Made by a program: the position numbers and the translations under genes | DNA from: Candidatus Bathyarchaeota archaeon | GTDB lineage: Archaea > Thermoproteota > Bathyarchaeia > TCS64 | DNA: 59,314 nt | NCBI GenBank assembly: GCA_016783485.1 | Contig: JADHWM010000003.1 | Location: forward strand, 1 to 59,314 | Direction of reading: 5' to 3' | Shown here: piece by piece, positions 28,398 through 38,284 of the stretch | Layout: every line of letters starts with the position of its first letter | How positions within the stretch are numbered: position 1 is the stretch's first letter | Notes under the pieces: generated by a model | Told to the model about the DNA's origin: nothing | The model's database searches: none | Seen by the model: the letters and a program-made list of their open reading frames with translations, nothing else

Positions 28398-28443
28398 ATT
28401 AGGCTGGACTAAACCTGTTGGTACGGATTTAGGTAAACCTAAA
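28398..28443. promoter_or_regulatory. Two DtxR/MntR-like operator palindromes upstream of the FTR1 gene
   Basis: TTTAGGTAAACCTAAA (28428-43, 7-bp inverted arms) and ATTAGGCTGGACTAAA (28398-413), just downstream of TATAAA at 28391. Confidence 0.7.
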
Positions 28444-28445
28444 AA

Positions 28446-29318
28446 GTGATTCAAATGTTCGAAGGACTGATTCCTAGCCTACTCATCACGTTCAGGGAGG
28501 CTCTCGAGGCTGCGCTGATCGTGGCGATCATGGTCACCTACCTCAAGAAGGTGGGGAAAGGCGAGCTGACCCGTTACGCTTACATGGGCTCCGGGGCGGC
28601 CGTGGCGATAAGCCTCGTCCTGGGCGTCGCGATTCAGATGGTCTACGGCGGGATGAGCAAGGTTGCCGCCGAGCTCTTCGAGGGGGTCGCATCTCTGACC
28701 GCGGTGGCCGTTCTCACATACATGATCTTCTGGATGACCGAGCACTCGAAGAACATCCGGGGGGAGCTCCAGGACAAGATCGACGTCGCCGTGAGCCAGG
28801 GGGAGCTCTACAGCGTCGCCTCCCTCGCGTTCGTGGCGGTCTTCCGGGAGGGGCTAGAGACCGTGCTCTTCCTCACCACTACGTTCTTCCAGGACGCGGC
28901 GGGGACAATCATAGGCGTTGTAGTTGGCGCTGCGATAGTGCTTGTGCTGGCGGTGCTCCTGATGAGGGGGAGCTACCGGCTGGACATCAAGAAGTTCTTC
29001 GGGTACACCAGTGTCATCCTCATCGTCTTCTCGGCGGGGCTCGCAGGATACGGGGTCCACGAGCTCATCGAGGCCGGGGAGAACCTTGGTCACGACTTCG
29101 GCGTTCTCGGTGAGAAGCCATTCGACATCAACCCGCCGGTGAATCCCGACGGGACCTACCCCGTCCTCCATGAGAAGGGGGTCGCGGGCTCGATTCTGAA
29201 GGCGCTGGTAGGCTACGACGGGAACCCGGAGTGGTTCAGGATCATCGTCTACTTGGGCTACTGGCTCGTCGTAGGATCATACGTCTTCAGGACCTACGGT
29301 AAGCCCAGGGATATCTAG
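28446..29318 (+). CDS. FTR1/EfeU family iron permease
   Basis: Two REXXE motifs (REALE, REGLE) in a multi-TM protein. Confidence 0.93.
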   Translation: MIQMFEGLIPSLLITFREALEAALIVAIMVTYLKKVGKGELTRYAYMGSGAAVAISLVLGVAIQMVYGGMSKVAAELFEGVASLTAVAVLTYMIFWMTEHSKNIRGELQDKIDVAVSQGELYSVASLAFVAVFREGLETVLFLTTTFFQDAAGTIIGVVVGAAIVLVLAVLLMRGSYRLDIKKFFGYTSVILIVFSAGLAGYGVHELIEAGENLGHDFGVLGEKPFDINPPVNPDGTYPVLHEKGVAGSILKALVGYDGNPEWFRIIVYLGYWLVVGSYVFRTYGKPRDI

Positions 29319-30601
29319 GCCGCATCGGTGAACTGGGGGAGGAGGTCTGCGTGGGCCTCCATGAGGGCTTTGAACGCCTTTTTACCCGCCTCCAGGTCGT
29401 GGACCACGGGGTCAGCGAGGATAGCCTGGAGGGCGAGGTCATTGTCTCCGTGAACCCCGGCCTCGACAACGAGGTCAGTGACCAGGGTCTGGATGTTGCA
29501 CAGGGCGGCGAGGCCCTCGGGGAGCTCACCGACGCCGATGGGGTTTATGCCGCTGCTGTCGACGAAGGCCGGGGTCTCGACGATGGCCCCGTCGAGGAGG
29601 TTGGGGATCTGGCCGTCGTTGGGGAGATTGGCCTGGAGCTCCGTGTGGCGGCTGTTGGAGACGATTCCCCCGATGATGTGCATCATCCTCTCCCCTGAAA
29701 ACCTGCCCTTGACGTCGAGGGGCTCATCACCCTTGATGATTCCGTTGATCTTCCTCCAGTTCCTCTCCCCGTGCTCCTCCATCCTATCGATCCAGTTGAA
29801 GCCCCGGGCCTCATCGGGGCAGGCCTGCCAGGCGTAGGCGAGGTACTCCCCGGCGTGGTTGTCGTCGGTGCTGGGGTAGAGCCCGAACTTATTGTACAAG
29901 GCCCTGCAGAGGGGCTGGAACCCCGGGGTCTTCTCGAGGGCATCGTCGAGGAGGGGGTAGGCGTCGTCGCCGTTGGTGAGCCGGAGGTGCTTGAACCAGC
30001 TGAAGTGGTTGAGCCCGGCGGAGACTCCGTCGAGGAGGCTCTTAGGGACGCCTATGATCTTCGAGAGGCGTTCGAGCTGCCCCTCCACCTCGTGGCAGAG
30101 TCCCACGACCTTGATGTCGGTGTAGCGGTCGATGGCAAGGCAGAGGCGGGGAACCGGATTGGTATAGTTGAGGAGGAGGGCATCGGGGCAGCAGTCCTCC
30201 ATGTCAGAGCAGATGGCGAGGACGGGAGGGATGTTCCTCATGGTGTGGAAGAGGCCCCCCGGACCCCCGTTCTCACCGATCACCTGCTTGATCCCGAGGT
30301 TGAAGGGGATCTCCCAGTCCATGCGCCAACGGTTCATCCTGTCCACTGCGATGGAGAGGACGACAAAGTCGGCGTCCGCGAGGGCGTCCTCCCTGTCGGC
30401 GGTCCACTCCACCTCGATCCCGCTCCCTGTGACCTCGACGATCCTCTCTGCGAGGGAGCCCATCTTCTCAAGCTTCGCCTCGTCGATGTCGTAGAGGATC
30501 AGGTTGGCTCTGCAGAGGGCCTCGATATTGGAGGCGTCGAGGACGGAGTTGTATCCGAAGACGCTGCTCCCTGCCCCGATGAGGACTATGCGGGGGGTCA
30601 T
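29315..30601 (-). CDS. Glycoside hydrolase family 4 (alpha-galactosidase/glucosidase)
   Basis: IGAGS, ENGGPGG, NYTNP, GLCH and GLNH motifs. Confidence 0.92.
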   Translation of the reverse strand: MTPRIVLIGAGSSVFGYNSVLDASNIEALCRANLILYDIDEAKLEKMGSLAERIVEVTGSGIEVEWTADREDALADADFVVLSIAVDRMNRWRMDWEIPFNLGIKQVIGENGGPGGLFHTMRNIPPVLAICSDMEDCCPDALLLNYTNPVPRLCLAIDRYTDIKVVGLCHEVEGQLERLSKIIGVPKSLLDGVSAGLNHFSWFKHLRLTNGDDAYPLLDDALEKTPGFQPLCRALYNKFGLYPSTDDNHAGEYLAYAWQACPDEARGFNWIDRMEEHGERNWRKINGIIKGDEPLDVKGRFSGERMMHIIGGIVSNSRHTELQANLPNDGQIPNLLDGAIVETPAFVDSSGINPIGVGELPEGLAALCNIQTLVTDLVVEAGVHGDNDLALQAILADPVVHDLEAGKKAFKALMEAHADLLPQFTDAA

Positions 30602-30647
30602 GAAGATCAGGTAGTGGGTAAATCTAGGCCATAAAACGTTTGAGGAG

Positions 30648-31226
30648 TCAGAAGAGCTCGATGCCGAGGAAGGCGTTGGCTAGGAAGATGATGCCGAAGA
30701 GGATGAACAGTGCGGCGGCGACGTATCTCAGGTAGCGCTCCGGGACGAGCTTCATCAATCCTTTACCTATGACCACCCCGCTCCCGGTGATGAGGGCGGC
30801 CCCCAGAAGGATACCAAGGAACACCATGCCGGGGTTCCCGTATCGGGCGGCGAGGACGAAGGAGGCGAACTGGGTCTTATCCCCGAGCTCCATGAGGGAG
30901 ACGAGGCTGAACGCCGATGCGAGGGCACCCCTCCCGGACTCCTCGACCTCATCCCCGTCGTCCTCTCCCCTGAGGGTCAGCACCCCGAAGATGAGGAACA
31001 GCCCCCCTGAGATCACGTTGATCCAGAAGGAGGGTATCAGGTCGGCTATGAAGCCCCCCACCAACACGCTGGCCCCGTCCACCACGGCGAAGGCCCCGAG
31101 GGCCCCGGCGAAGACGAGGAGGGGCTTGTGCTTCATGGATAGTGTGATGACGGCGATGTGGGTCTTATCCCCGAACTCCATGAGGGAGAAGAGGGTGAAA
31201 GAGGCGATGAGGGGCGTCAGGTCCAT
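30648..31226 (-). CDS. TMEM165/GDT1 (UPF0016) cation transporter
   Basis: Two E-x-GDKT motifs; start taken at ATG 31226. Confidence 0.92.
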   Translation of the reverse strand: MDLTPLIASFTLFSLMEFGDKTHIAVITLSMKHKPLLVFAGALGAFAVVDGASVLVGGFIADLIPSFWINVISGGLFLIFGVLTLRGEDDGDEVEESGRGALASAFSLVSLMELGDKTQFASFVLAARYGNPGMVFLGILLGAALITGSGVVIGKGLMKLVPERYLRYVAAALFILFGIIFLANAFLGIELF

Positions 31227-31362
31227 TTCCCTGTGACGGGGGATGCATCGAATAAAATTCTTTTGCACCCGATGAATGCACTCGCATATATTGTCAAACA
31301 GATTCGTTGCGTGGGTCTCAGAGAGAATAAACCCGGATTTTCGTTAAAATGAATGCCGGAGG

Positions 31363-31518
31363 CTACCGATTGTTCTCACCGGGGATTAGGACACCGCAGT
31401 AGAGGCACACCACAGTCCTGGGGACGACGTGGTCGCAAGCTTCACACAGGTAAAGTGCCTCGTGGATAGGCTTCGTCACATCGATGTTTTCCAGGAGAGC
31501 CTCTTGGGCCATGGGCAT
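31363..31518 (-). CDS. Small Cys4 zinc-finger protein (51 aa)
   Basis: MPMAQEALLENIDVTKPIHEALYLCEACDHVVPRTVVCLYCGVLIPGENNR, with a TTTTATAA box just upstream. Below the ORF-track cutoff. Confidence 0.6.
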   Translation of the reverse strand: MPMAQEALLENIDVTKPIHEALYLCEACDHVVPRTVVCLYCGVLIPGENNR

Positions 31519-31673
31519 CGGGTGAAATCCTCATCCGGTGTTATAAAAGGATCGCAGGCCCCGGGGCGGGAGAGGCGACTGAAAGTGTAAGGCCGATGTT
31601 CATCTGCGTTTGTGCTTCACAGTGACGGCTACGCAGCCAATTCTTATATGGGAACTCGAGTTGAATTGGAAAC

Positions 31674-32486
31674 ATGAGGCCCCAACCCATCTACACCCCG
31701 AAGGGGGACGCGCAGATGCGGGTGGCCTGCTTCGTCTCAGGCTCGGGGACCAACGCGAGGCGGATCATCGAGAGGTCCCTCGAAGAGGACTCCCGCTACG
31801 AGGTCTCCCTGATCTTCACGGACGTCCGGGACGACGTCCTCCGGAAGAGCGGGGAGAAACGGTGCAGGGCCAAGGACATCGCAGACGAGTATGGCATATC
31901 CTACGTGTGTGAGGACATCCGGGACTTTTACAGAGAACGGGGGGTGAAGAGGACCGACCTCAGCCTCCGCCCCGAGTTCGACCGCCTCGTCGTCGAGAAG
32001 TTGGCCCCCCACGGGGTCGATCTCGTCGCCCTCGCGGGCTACATGAGCATCACCACGCGTCCCCTCCTCGACGCCTACCAGGGGAAGATGGTTAACGTGC
32101 ATCCCGCGGACCTCTCCATCATGGAGGGGAACGAGCGGAAGTACGTCGGGATCCACGTGGTGAGGGACGCCATCCTCGCCGGGGAACGCGCGCTCAGGGC
32201 CAGCACCCATGTGGTCCGGGAGAAGGTGGACCACGGGGAGGTCCTCGTCGTCTCCGAGCCCGTTCCCGTCAGTCTACCGGAGGGCGTCGTCCTGGACGAG
32301 CTAGCTCAGGATAAGAAGCTCCTCGGGGCTATCGTCGATGAGCACCAGGAACGGCTGAAGAAACGGGGGGACTGGGTGATCTTTCCATTGACGATCCAGA
32401 TGATAGCTGAGGGAAGATTCGCCCTCGACGGAGCCGGAGGCGTATGCGTCGATGGGGCTCCCGCTCCCGGGGGATACAGGCTCTAG
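31674..32486 (+). CDS. purN: Phosphoribosylglycinamide formyltransferase
   Basis: VSGSGTN, LAGYM, NVHPA and H...VDHG motifs. Confidence 0.85.
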   Translation: MRPQPIYTPKGDAQMRVACFVSGSGTNARRIIERSLEEDSRYEVSLIFTDVRDDVLRKSGEKRCRAKDIADEYGISYVCEDIRDFYRERGVKRTDLSLRPEFDRLVVEKLAPHGVDLVALAGYMSITTRPLLDAYQGKMVNVHPADLSIMEGNERKYVGIHVVRDAILAGERALRASTHVVREKVDHGEVLVVSEPVPVSLPEGVVLDELAQDKKLLGAIVDEHQERLKKRGDWVIFPLTIQMIAEGRFALDGAGGVCVDGAPAPGGYRL

Positions 32487-32572
32487 GGCTACGGGAGGGC
32501 TTTCCCGATCTTCTCGGCTATTCCGGGGGTAGCTCTCAGACAGCCTGAAATAAAGTATCAGTTGATAGGATT

Positions 32573-33670
32573 ATGAGAGCTTGGGTTGTGAATCCTGTGA
32601 GCGGATCCTATTATCCAACGAGTTGGGATGACTGGGAGACCCGGCGCCCCGAGGAGCTGGGCCTGGACTCGGCGATGGTGGATGAGGCGATCCACTACGC
32701 CTCGGATCACGAGACACCTTTCGCCAGGGATCTGGCGAGACGCATCGCGACCTCCGTGGCGGGGAAGAAGTGCGACGACGGGGAGGTCCTGGGGCCGACG
32801 AGGCCGCGGGGCGGAGTCAACGGCCTCGTGCTGAAGGACGGTTACATCGTGGCCGAGTGGGGGGAGACTAGGCGTGTGGACATGACTTTCAGCGTATCCA
32901 AGAGCTACCTCTCCACGTGCGCGGGCCTTGCCCTGGATGACGGCCTCATCAGGGATGTTCATGACCCTGTGGGGCTCTACGTGAAGGAGGGGCACTTCGA
33001 CTCCCCTCACAACTCCAAGATCACATGGCATCACCTCCTCCAGCAGACCAACGAGTGGGACGGCACCCTCTGGGACAAGCACTACTCGGCTGGGAACACC
33101 GACGACGTCCTCCTCGAGCCCAAGGAGCCCGGCACCTACTACGAGTACAACGACGTCCGGGTCAACCTGACCGCCCTCTCCCTCCTCAATGTCTGGAGGA
33201 GGCCCCTCCCCCGTGTGTTGAAGGAGCGGGTCATGGATCCCATAGGGGCATCCTCGACGTGGAGGTGGCATGGTTACAGGAACTCTTGGGTCGTCATGGA
33301 CGGCCTCAGGGTGCAGTCGGTGAGCGGAGGAGGCCACTGGGGCGGAGGGATGCACATCTGCTCCAGGGACCAGGCCCTCTTCGGGCTCCTCTTCCTCCGC
33401 AGAGGCAGGTGGCTGGACCGGCAGCTCATCTCCGAGAGATGGATCGATATGGCCACCGCTCCTGGTGATGTGAACCCCGTTTATGGGTACATGTGGTGGA
33501 TGAACCACGAGCGCTGGCCCAGCGGCCCCGAGTCGGCGTTCAGCGCCATCGGCGCCGGGGGCAACTACGTTTGGTGCGACCCGGAACACGACCTGGTGAT
33601 CGTGACCAGGTGGATAGACCCCCCGGAGATCGATGGGGTCGTCGAGCGTGTGCTCTCCGGGTTGAAGTAG
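32573..33670 (+). CDS. Serine hydrolase, beta-lactamase class C-like family
   Basis: FSVSKS (SxxK), YEYND and YGYMWW motifs. Confidence 0.88.
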   Translation: MRAWVVNPVSGSYYPTSWDDWETRRPEELGLDSAMVDEAIHYASDHETPFARDLARRIATSVAGKKCDDGEVLGPTRPRGGVNGLVLKDGYIVAEWGETRRVDMTFSVSKSYLSTCAGLALDDGLIRDVHDPVGLYVKEGHFDSPHNSKITWHHLLQQTNEWDGTLWDKHYSAGNTDDVLLEPKEPGTYYEYNDVRVNLTALSLLNVWRRPLPRVLKERVMDPIGASSTWRWHGYRNSWVVMDGLRVQSVSGGGHWGGGMHICSRDQALFGLLFLRRGRWLDRQLISERWIDMATAPGDVNPVYGYMWWMNHERWPSGPESAFSAIGAGGNYVWCDPEHDLVIVTRWIDPPEIDGVVERVLSGLK

Positions 33671-33673
33671 GGG

Positions 33674-34612
33674 TCACTGGCGGGAGAAGAACTCCATCTG
33701 GTAGGAGTCCTCGTCGAGGACCCCGAGCCTCTTCATGGTGACCCTCAGGGTGGCCGTGTTCTCCTTGCTGAACTCCTGGAGGGGCTTCCGGGGCTTCCCC
33801 ACGTTCGCCCCCACCATGTTCAGGGCGGCCTTGAGGGGCACGGGGTTCGTCTCGGCGTACATCATCCGCATCAGCGGGAAGTAGGTGAAGAATGTCTCCC
33901 GGGACTTCACAACGTCTTCAAAGTTCTCCCAGGGCTTCGAGATGACCGCGAGCTCCCGGGGGGCGATGGAGCCCGTCACGTTGCTGGTGCCCTTCCCCCC
34001 TGATGCGAGCACCGGGAAGATGAGGGCGTACGTGGGGCAGTCGCAGCAGAGAACGTTGAGCCTGCCCCGGGTGAGCTCCACGACCCTGAGGACCCCGTAG
34101 GGGTTGGGCCCCGCCTCCTTGAGGGCCACGATGTTCTCCAGATGAGCAAGACGGGCCACGGTCTCCGCCTCCACGTTCACCCCCGTCCTAGAGGGGTTGT
34201 TGTAGATCACCAAGGGTAGGTCCACCGCCTCGGCGACGTCCTTGAAGTACCTGTAGAGGGCGTCCTGGCTCGGCCTGATGTAGCCTGGTTGGACGATGAG
34301 CCCCCCGTCTGCTCCGGCGTCCTTGGCGTACCGGGCGTTCTCGATAGTCTGCTTGGTGGTGGACGCCGAGACCCCGACTAGGGCGGGGACCCTGCCCTTC
34401 GCCGCGGCGAGGGATTCGTCGATGATCTTGGTCCTCTCGTCTGGGCTCAGGAGGGTCGCCTCGCTGGTGGAGCCGAGGAGGAGTATCCCGTCGCTCCCGT
34501 TCTCCACCTGGAAGTCGACGAGGCTCCGTAGGATGTCGTAGTCTACCTCGTCGTCATCGTTGAAGGGGGTGACCAGGGCGGGCCAGGATCCCGCGACGTC
34601 GAGCTTCTTCAT
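33674..34612 (-). CDS. Dihydrodipicolinate synthase (DapA) family aldolase
   Basis: ALVTPF, GSTSE, YNNPSRTG, LKEA and NPVPLK motifs. Confidence 0.88.
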   Translation of the reverse strand: MKKLDVAGSWPALVTPFNDDDEVDYDILRSLVDFQVENGSDGILLLGSTSEATLLSPDERTKIIDESLAAAKGRVPALVGVSASTTKQTIENARYAKDAGADGGLIVQPGYIRPSQDALYRYFKDVAEAVDLPLVIYNNPSRTGVNVEAETVARLAHLENIVALKEAGPNPYGVLRVVELTRGRLNVLCCDCPTYALIFPVLASGGKGTSNVTGSIAPRELAVISKPWENFEDVVKSRETFFTYFPLMRMMYAETNPVPLKAALNMVGANVGKPRKPLQEFSKENTATLRVTMKRLGVLDEDSYQMEFFSRQ

Positions 34613-34638
34613 ACCGGTCTATTGGGTGCCCGGATGGA

Positions 34639-35541
34639 TTAGGATTTTCCTTTCAGGAAGCCTGGCTCGAGGTAGGCTGGATCGGGATATTTGTAGAAGC
34701 CCTTCCCGGTCTTGACTCCCAGCTCCCCCCGCTCGATCATCTCCAGGAGCATTTTGGGCGGGGCATCCCTATCCGCCCCGGACTCCTCGTAGTAGACCAT
34801 CTCGATGTCCCGGATCACGTCGAGGCCCACGCGGTCCATCATCCCGAAGGGGCCGTAGGGGGTCTCGTAGAGGGTCATCCAGGCCCTGTCCACGTCCTGG
34901 AAGCTTGCGACGCCCTGGTCCACGAGGTGGAGGCACTCCCGCTTGATGGCCCTCCAGACCCTGTTGAAGATGAACCCGGTGCTCTTCCTGAGGACCATGA
35001 GGGGTGTGATCCCGATGGAGACCATGAACTCCCGCACCCTCTCCAGGGTTTCGTCGCTGGTCCCCGTCCCCCGCATCAGCTCCACGATGCTCCTCCTCCA
35101 CGGCGTATTGTAGAAGTGGGTGTTGAGCACCCTGTCTAGGCGCCGGGTGGCGTCCTCTATCTTGGAGATGCGGATGGATGAGCTGTTCGTCGCGAGGATG
35201 GTGGCGTCGTCGCAGACGCTGTCGAGCTGGGCGAAGACCTCCCGCTTGAGATCAAGGCGCTCTGGGACAGCCTCTATGACGAGGTCGACTCCATCGACGG
35301 CCTCGGCCAAGTCGTCGTGAAAGGAGACTTGGCTCAGGGTGGCCTCGACTTCTTCGGGTGTGATTTTTTCCTCGCTCGTCCAGGTTTTGAGCTCGTGCCG
35401 GATGTGTTCGGAGGCTCTCTCCAGGGCTTCCTCGGATATGTCGAATAGCCTCACGGGGATCCCGTGGCTTGCGCACTGGAGGCTTATCTGCCATCCCAGG
35501 AAGCCGGCCCCGCAGAGGCACACGCTCTCGATGGGCTCCAT
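34639..35541 (-). CDS. 3-hydroxyacyl-CoA dehydrogenase family protein
   Basis: GAGFLG, IEAVPE..LK, TNSSS, GFIFNR and GVKTGKGFY motifs. Confidence 0.92.
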   Translation of the reverse strand: MEPIESVCLCGAGFLGWQISLQCASHGIPVRLFDISEEALERASEHIRHELKTWTSEEKITPEEVEATLSQVSFHDDLAEAVDGVDLVIEAVPERLDLKREVFAQLDSVCDDATILATNSSSIRISKIEDATRRLDRVLNTHFYNTPWRRSIVELMRGTGTSDETLERVREFMVSIGITPLMVLRKSTGFIFNRVWRAIKRECLHLVDQGVASFQDVDRAWMTLYETPYGPFGMMDRVGLDVIRDIEMVYYEESGADRDAPPKMLLEMIERGELGVKTGKGFYKYPDPAYLEPGFLKGKS

Positions 35542-35643
35542 GGGACAACCTACGTCTCCCTATTGTTTATGTCTTGAGAGATGGTGAGCCCTGGATAGGT
35601 GAAATAAAAAAAGGAAAATAAAATTTACGGAAAGTTTGTAGAT

Positions 35644-38013
35644 TTACGGAAAGTTTGCCATAATGTCGTCGATTGCTGTACCGAGAGTTGCGGAATAGTC
35701 GCTCCCACCCTCGATAAGGTATCCGCCCATGTTTGTGTGCTGGTTGAAGGCTGCTAGTCCATTGGCGTCATCTGCTGTGATCAGTTTAGCTCTGTGGCAT
35801 CCGCCACATGCTCTCGCAGCAGGACCGGTGATATATACCGGCAAGTCGCCGATGTTTCTGTCTTCAACTGAATCAGTGCCAGACAAAGCGCCAGGTAGCG
35901 ACTTTGACTGATCCGGCACCTCGTATGTGCCTTCAATGTGGCATGACTCGCAGTTTGTAATTCCATGTGTGGGATACGGGAATCCGATGTGATGCTCATA
36001 GTGCAAGGCTTCGACTTCATCCTCGAAATCGATGTCGCCGATATCGAACGCCTGCATCGAGTGTATGGCATGGACGTAGGAGTCGATGGATCTCGACTGG
36101 AGTTCCAGGTGAGAGCCGCCGCTCAACGTTACGTGGCACAGCCTGCAGACAACGATACTCCCGCCTCTATCCGGCGAGTGGTAGTTCGTTGCTAGCGCGT
36201 CATGGCAGTTTTCACATTTCTCAACGTCCACGATGGGGCTGAAGTAGTCATCATCGAAGTCATTAGCAGTTAAGTCAAAGGTTCGGGAAGGAGCGTCGAG
36301 TGAAACCTCTTCGTCCTCCGCATCATACAGCATCGGTATTATTCCGATTTCCAGTCTCTTTATAGTACCATCAGCGATCAGGTCAGCCCATTCTGTCAAG
36401 TCATGCGTAACCGTCCATGCACCTGCGGCTTCCGATATGGTCTCGAAGTAGGCATGTTCGGTGCCAACTTCATATGCCCCTTTGGGTAAGTCACCGTCAG
36501 AGCGCGAAATTACACCATTGCCACTGCTGTCATAACGGTCGTGTCCATTGACGATGAAGTCTTTTGTGTCGTAGCCATAGAGGCCTATCAACACCTCTGG
36601 CACGATATCCGCTGAATCAAGCCCCCCGGCAGTTCCGGATGCACTGAGTTCAATGGTAAGTTCGTTGCCCGTTATAGATGCATCATCGATTGTGACGACT
36701 ATGGCGTCAGAGTACTTCAGACCCTCCTCGGCGTAGATCATCGTGTCATAACCGGGGTGAATGTCTTCGAAGTCCCCGAAAGCGCTTCCATCACTATGGC
36801 AGGCTGCACAATCTACAGTCTCTAAGACCATTTCGCCATGAATTGCTGCGGGCAGTAAGGTTGCTAATCCCGTCTCGGCAGTACCATACTCTTCGGAGCC
36901 AGTCACTGGGTGACAGCTCTTGCAAGTAGGCCCATTAAAGTTATCTTCCGTCAATATGACGTCAAGTTTGCCTTCGTGGCAGACTATACAGTTTGACATT
37001 GACTGAGGATATGGGAACTCCATGGCGTGAGACATGTGCACGTCGTTCATTAGTGTCGGTGCGTATTCTAACGAGGCTAGCTGCTCAGCTGTAAAGATAG
37101 ATGTGTCCTCGTCCGAACCATACCATTCAATCGCCTTTACAGGATCATCGACCAAAAGCTGCCATTCGTAGTGACCGCCTTCAGTGTTCTCCATGTGGCA
37201 GGCTTTGCACATGATGAAATCAGTTGTGGGATCATCGTTAACCTGGGTGACATAGTAGCCGTGCTTTAGGAATGGTACCGAGTGGCATTTCTCACAGCCA
37301 TCAACGTTGGCTGCAGAAACTTCATCAATGCCGTCTCCAGTTTCAAGCAGGCCTCCGATTGGATATTTGGCTTGCTGGACGCGAGAATTAGGCAATCTGG
37401 CGACGCCTCCATCATAACCGTATACCATGATGGCGCCATCCATATCGTCTAAACTGCTAGCTAACCTGGAGTCGTCACTGGTCAGGGTACTCGTGACCAC
37501 ACCAGTGGTGCTGTCAAAGGTCATATCCCCAGTCAGGGCCATTCTATCATCAGCCGGCTCGTACTGGAAAGCGGTCCCTGTCCACGGCACAAAGTACATG
37601 CGCACTCTGTCTGCGTCGGCGGGATCAAAAGGTTCACCATTCATTTCCATTACGAAAGTTATGACGTGCGTGCTTGGAGCTACATATTCGTAAGCCAAGT
37701 CTTCAACGGTAATTACGCCAACCTGATTCAATTCATCATAGGCGTCCTGGTGATCTGCACCAGCGGTTTCATGACAAACGACACAGGATTCTGGTTGGGC
37801 AGTAGGTGTATATGAGACTCCTGGGGGTCCAGCTGGACCAGTAGCACCGGTTGCACCCGCGGCGCCAGCGGCACCCGCGGCACCATCAGCACCATCGGCA
37901 CCCGCGGGACCAACAGGTCCTTGGGGCCCCGGACTAAGTACTCCGTATCCGATTGCTAGTATTGCTATTACGATTGCTGCAATTGCTAGTGTTTTGGAAT
38001 CAACATTACTCAA
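35644..38013 (-). CDS. Decaheme c-type cytochrome, OmcA/MtrC-like, with N-terminal TM anchor and collagen-like linker
   Basis: Ten CxxCH motifs (CVVCH, CEKCH, CKACH, CIVCH, CKSCH, CAACH, CENCH, CRLCH, CESCH, CGGCH) and a (Gly-X-Y) repeat after a TM helix. Likely start is TTG 38013, downstream of a TTTATA box; the ORF track starts at 38085. Confidence 0.9.
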   Translation of the reverse strand: MSNVDSKTLAIAAIVIAILAIGYGVLSPGPQGPVGPAGADGADGAAGAAGAAGATGATGPAGPPGVSYTPTAQPESCVVCHETAGADHQDAYDELNQVGVITVEDLAYEYVAPSTHVITFVMEMNGEPFDPADADRVRMYFVPWTGTAFQYEPADDRMALTGDMTFDSTTGVVTSTLTSDDSRLASSLDDMDGAIMVYGYDGGVARLPNSRVQQAKYPIGGLLETGDGIDEVSAANVDGCEKCHSVPFLKHGYYVTQVNDDPTTDFIMCKACHMENTEGGHYEWQLLVDDPVKAIEWYGSDEDTSIFTAEQLASLEYAPTLMNDVHMSHAMEFPYPQSMSNCIVCHEGKLDVILTEDNFNGPTCKSCHPVTGSEEYGTAETGLATLLPAAIHGEMVLETVDCAACHSDGSAFGDFEDIHPGYDTMIYAEEGLKYSDAIVVTIDDASITGNELTIELSASGTAGGLDSADIVPEVLIGLYGYDTKDFIVNGHDRYDSSGNGVISRSDGDLPKGAYEVGTEHAYFETISEAAGAWTVTHDLTEWADLIADGTIKRLEIGIIPMLYDAEDEEVSLDAPSRTFDLTANDFDDDYFSPIVDVEKCENCHDALATNYHSPDRGGSIVVCRLCHVTLSGGSHLELQSRSIDSYVHAIHSMQAFDIGDIDFEDEVEALHYEHHIGFPYPTHGITNCESCHIEGTYEVPDQSKSLPGALSGTDSVEDRNIGDLPVYITGPAARACGGCHRAKLITADDANGLAAFNQHTNMGGYLIEGGSDYSATLGTAIDDIMANFP

Positions 38014-38284
38014 TGTAATCGAGACAAAAGGTTCAACTTGAGTATAAATGTCTTGTTTCCGAATCCCATTGGTGAAAGAACCCATTGTTGCTGTTTTCGC
38101 AAGGATTAAGGAATTGTTATGATGTCTATGATAATAATTCGCTCCAAATACGATATATTCTGATTGTTAAATGCCAAGTAATTTTCCTTCAAAGAAAAAA
38201 GAAAAGGCCATCGTATTATAACAAAATGCATCTCTGAGGGCCACTCCAAGTCGACTATAGGCTCTCTCGCGTAATCCTCAGAAT

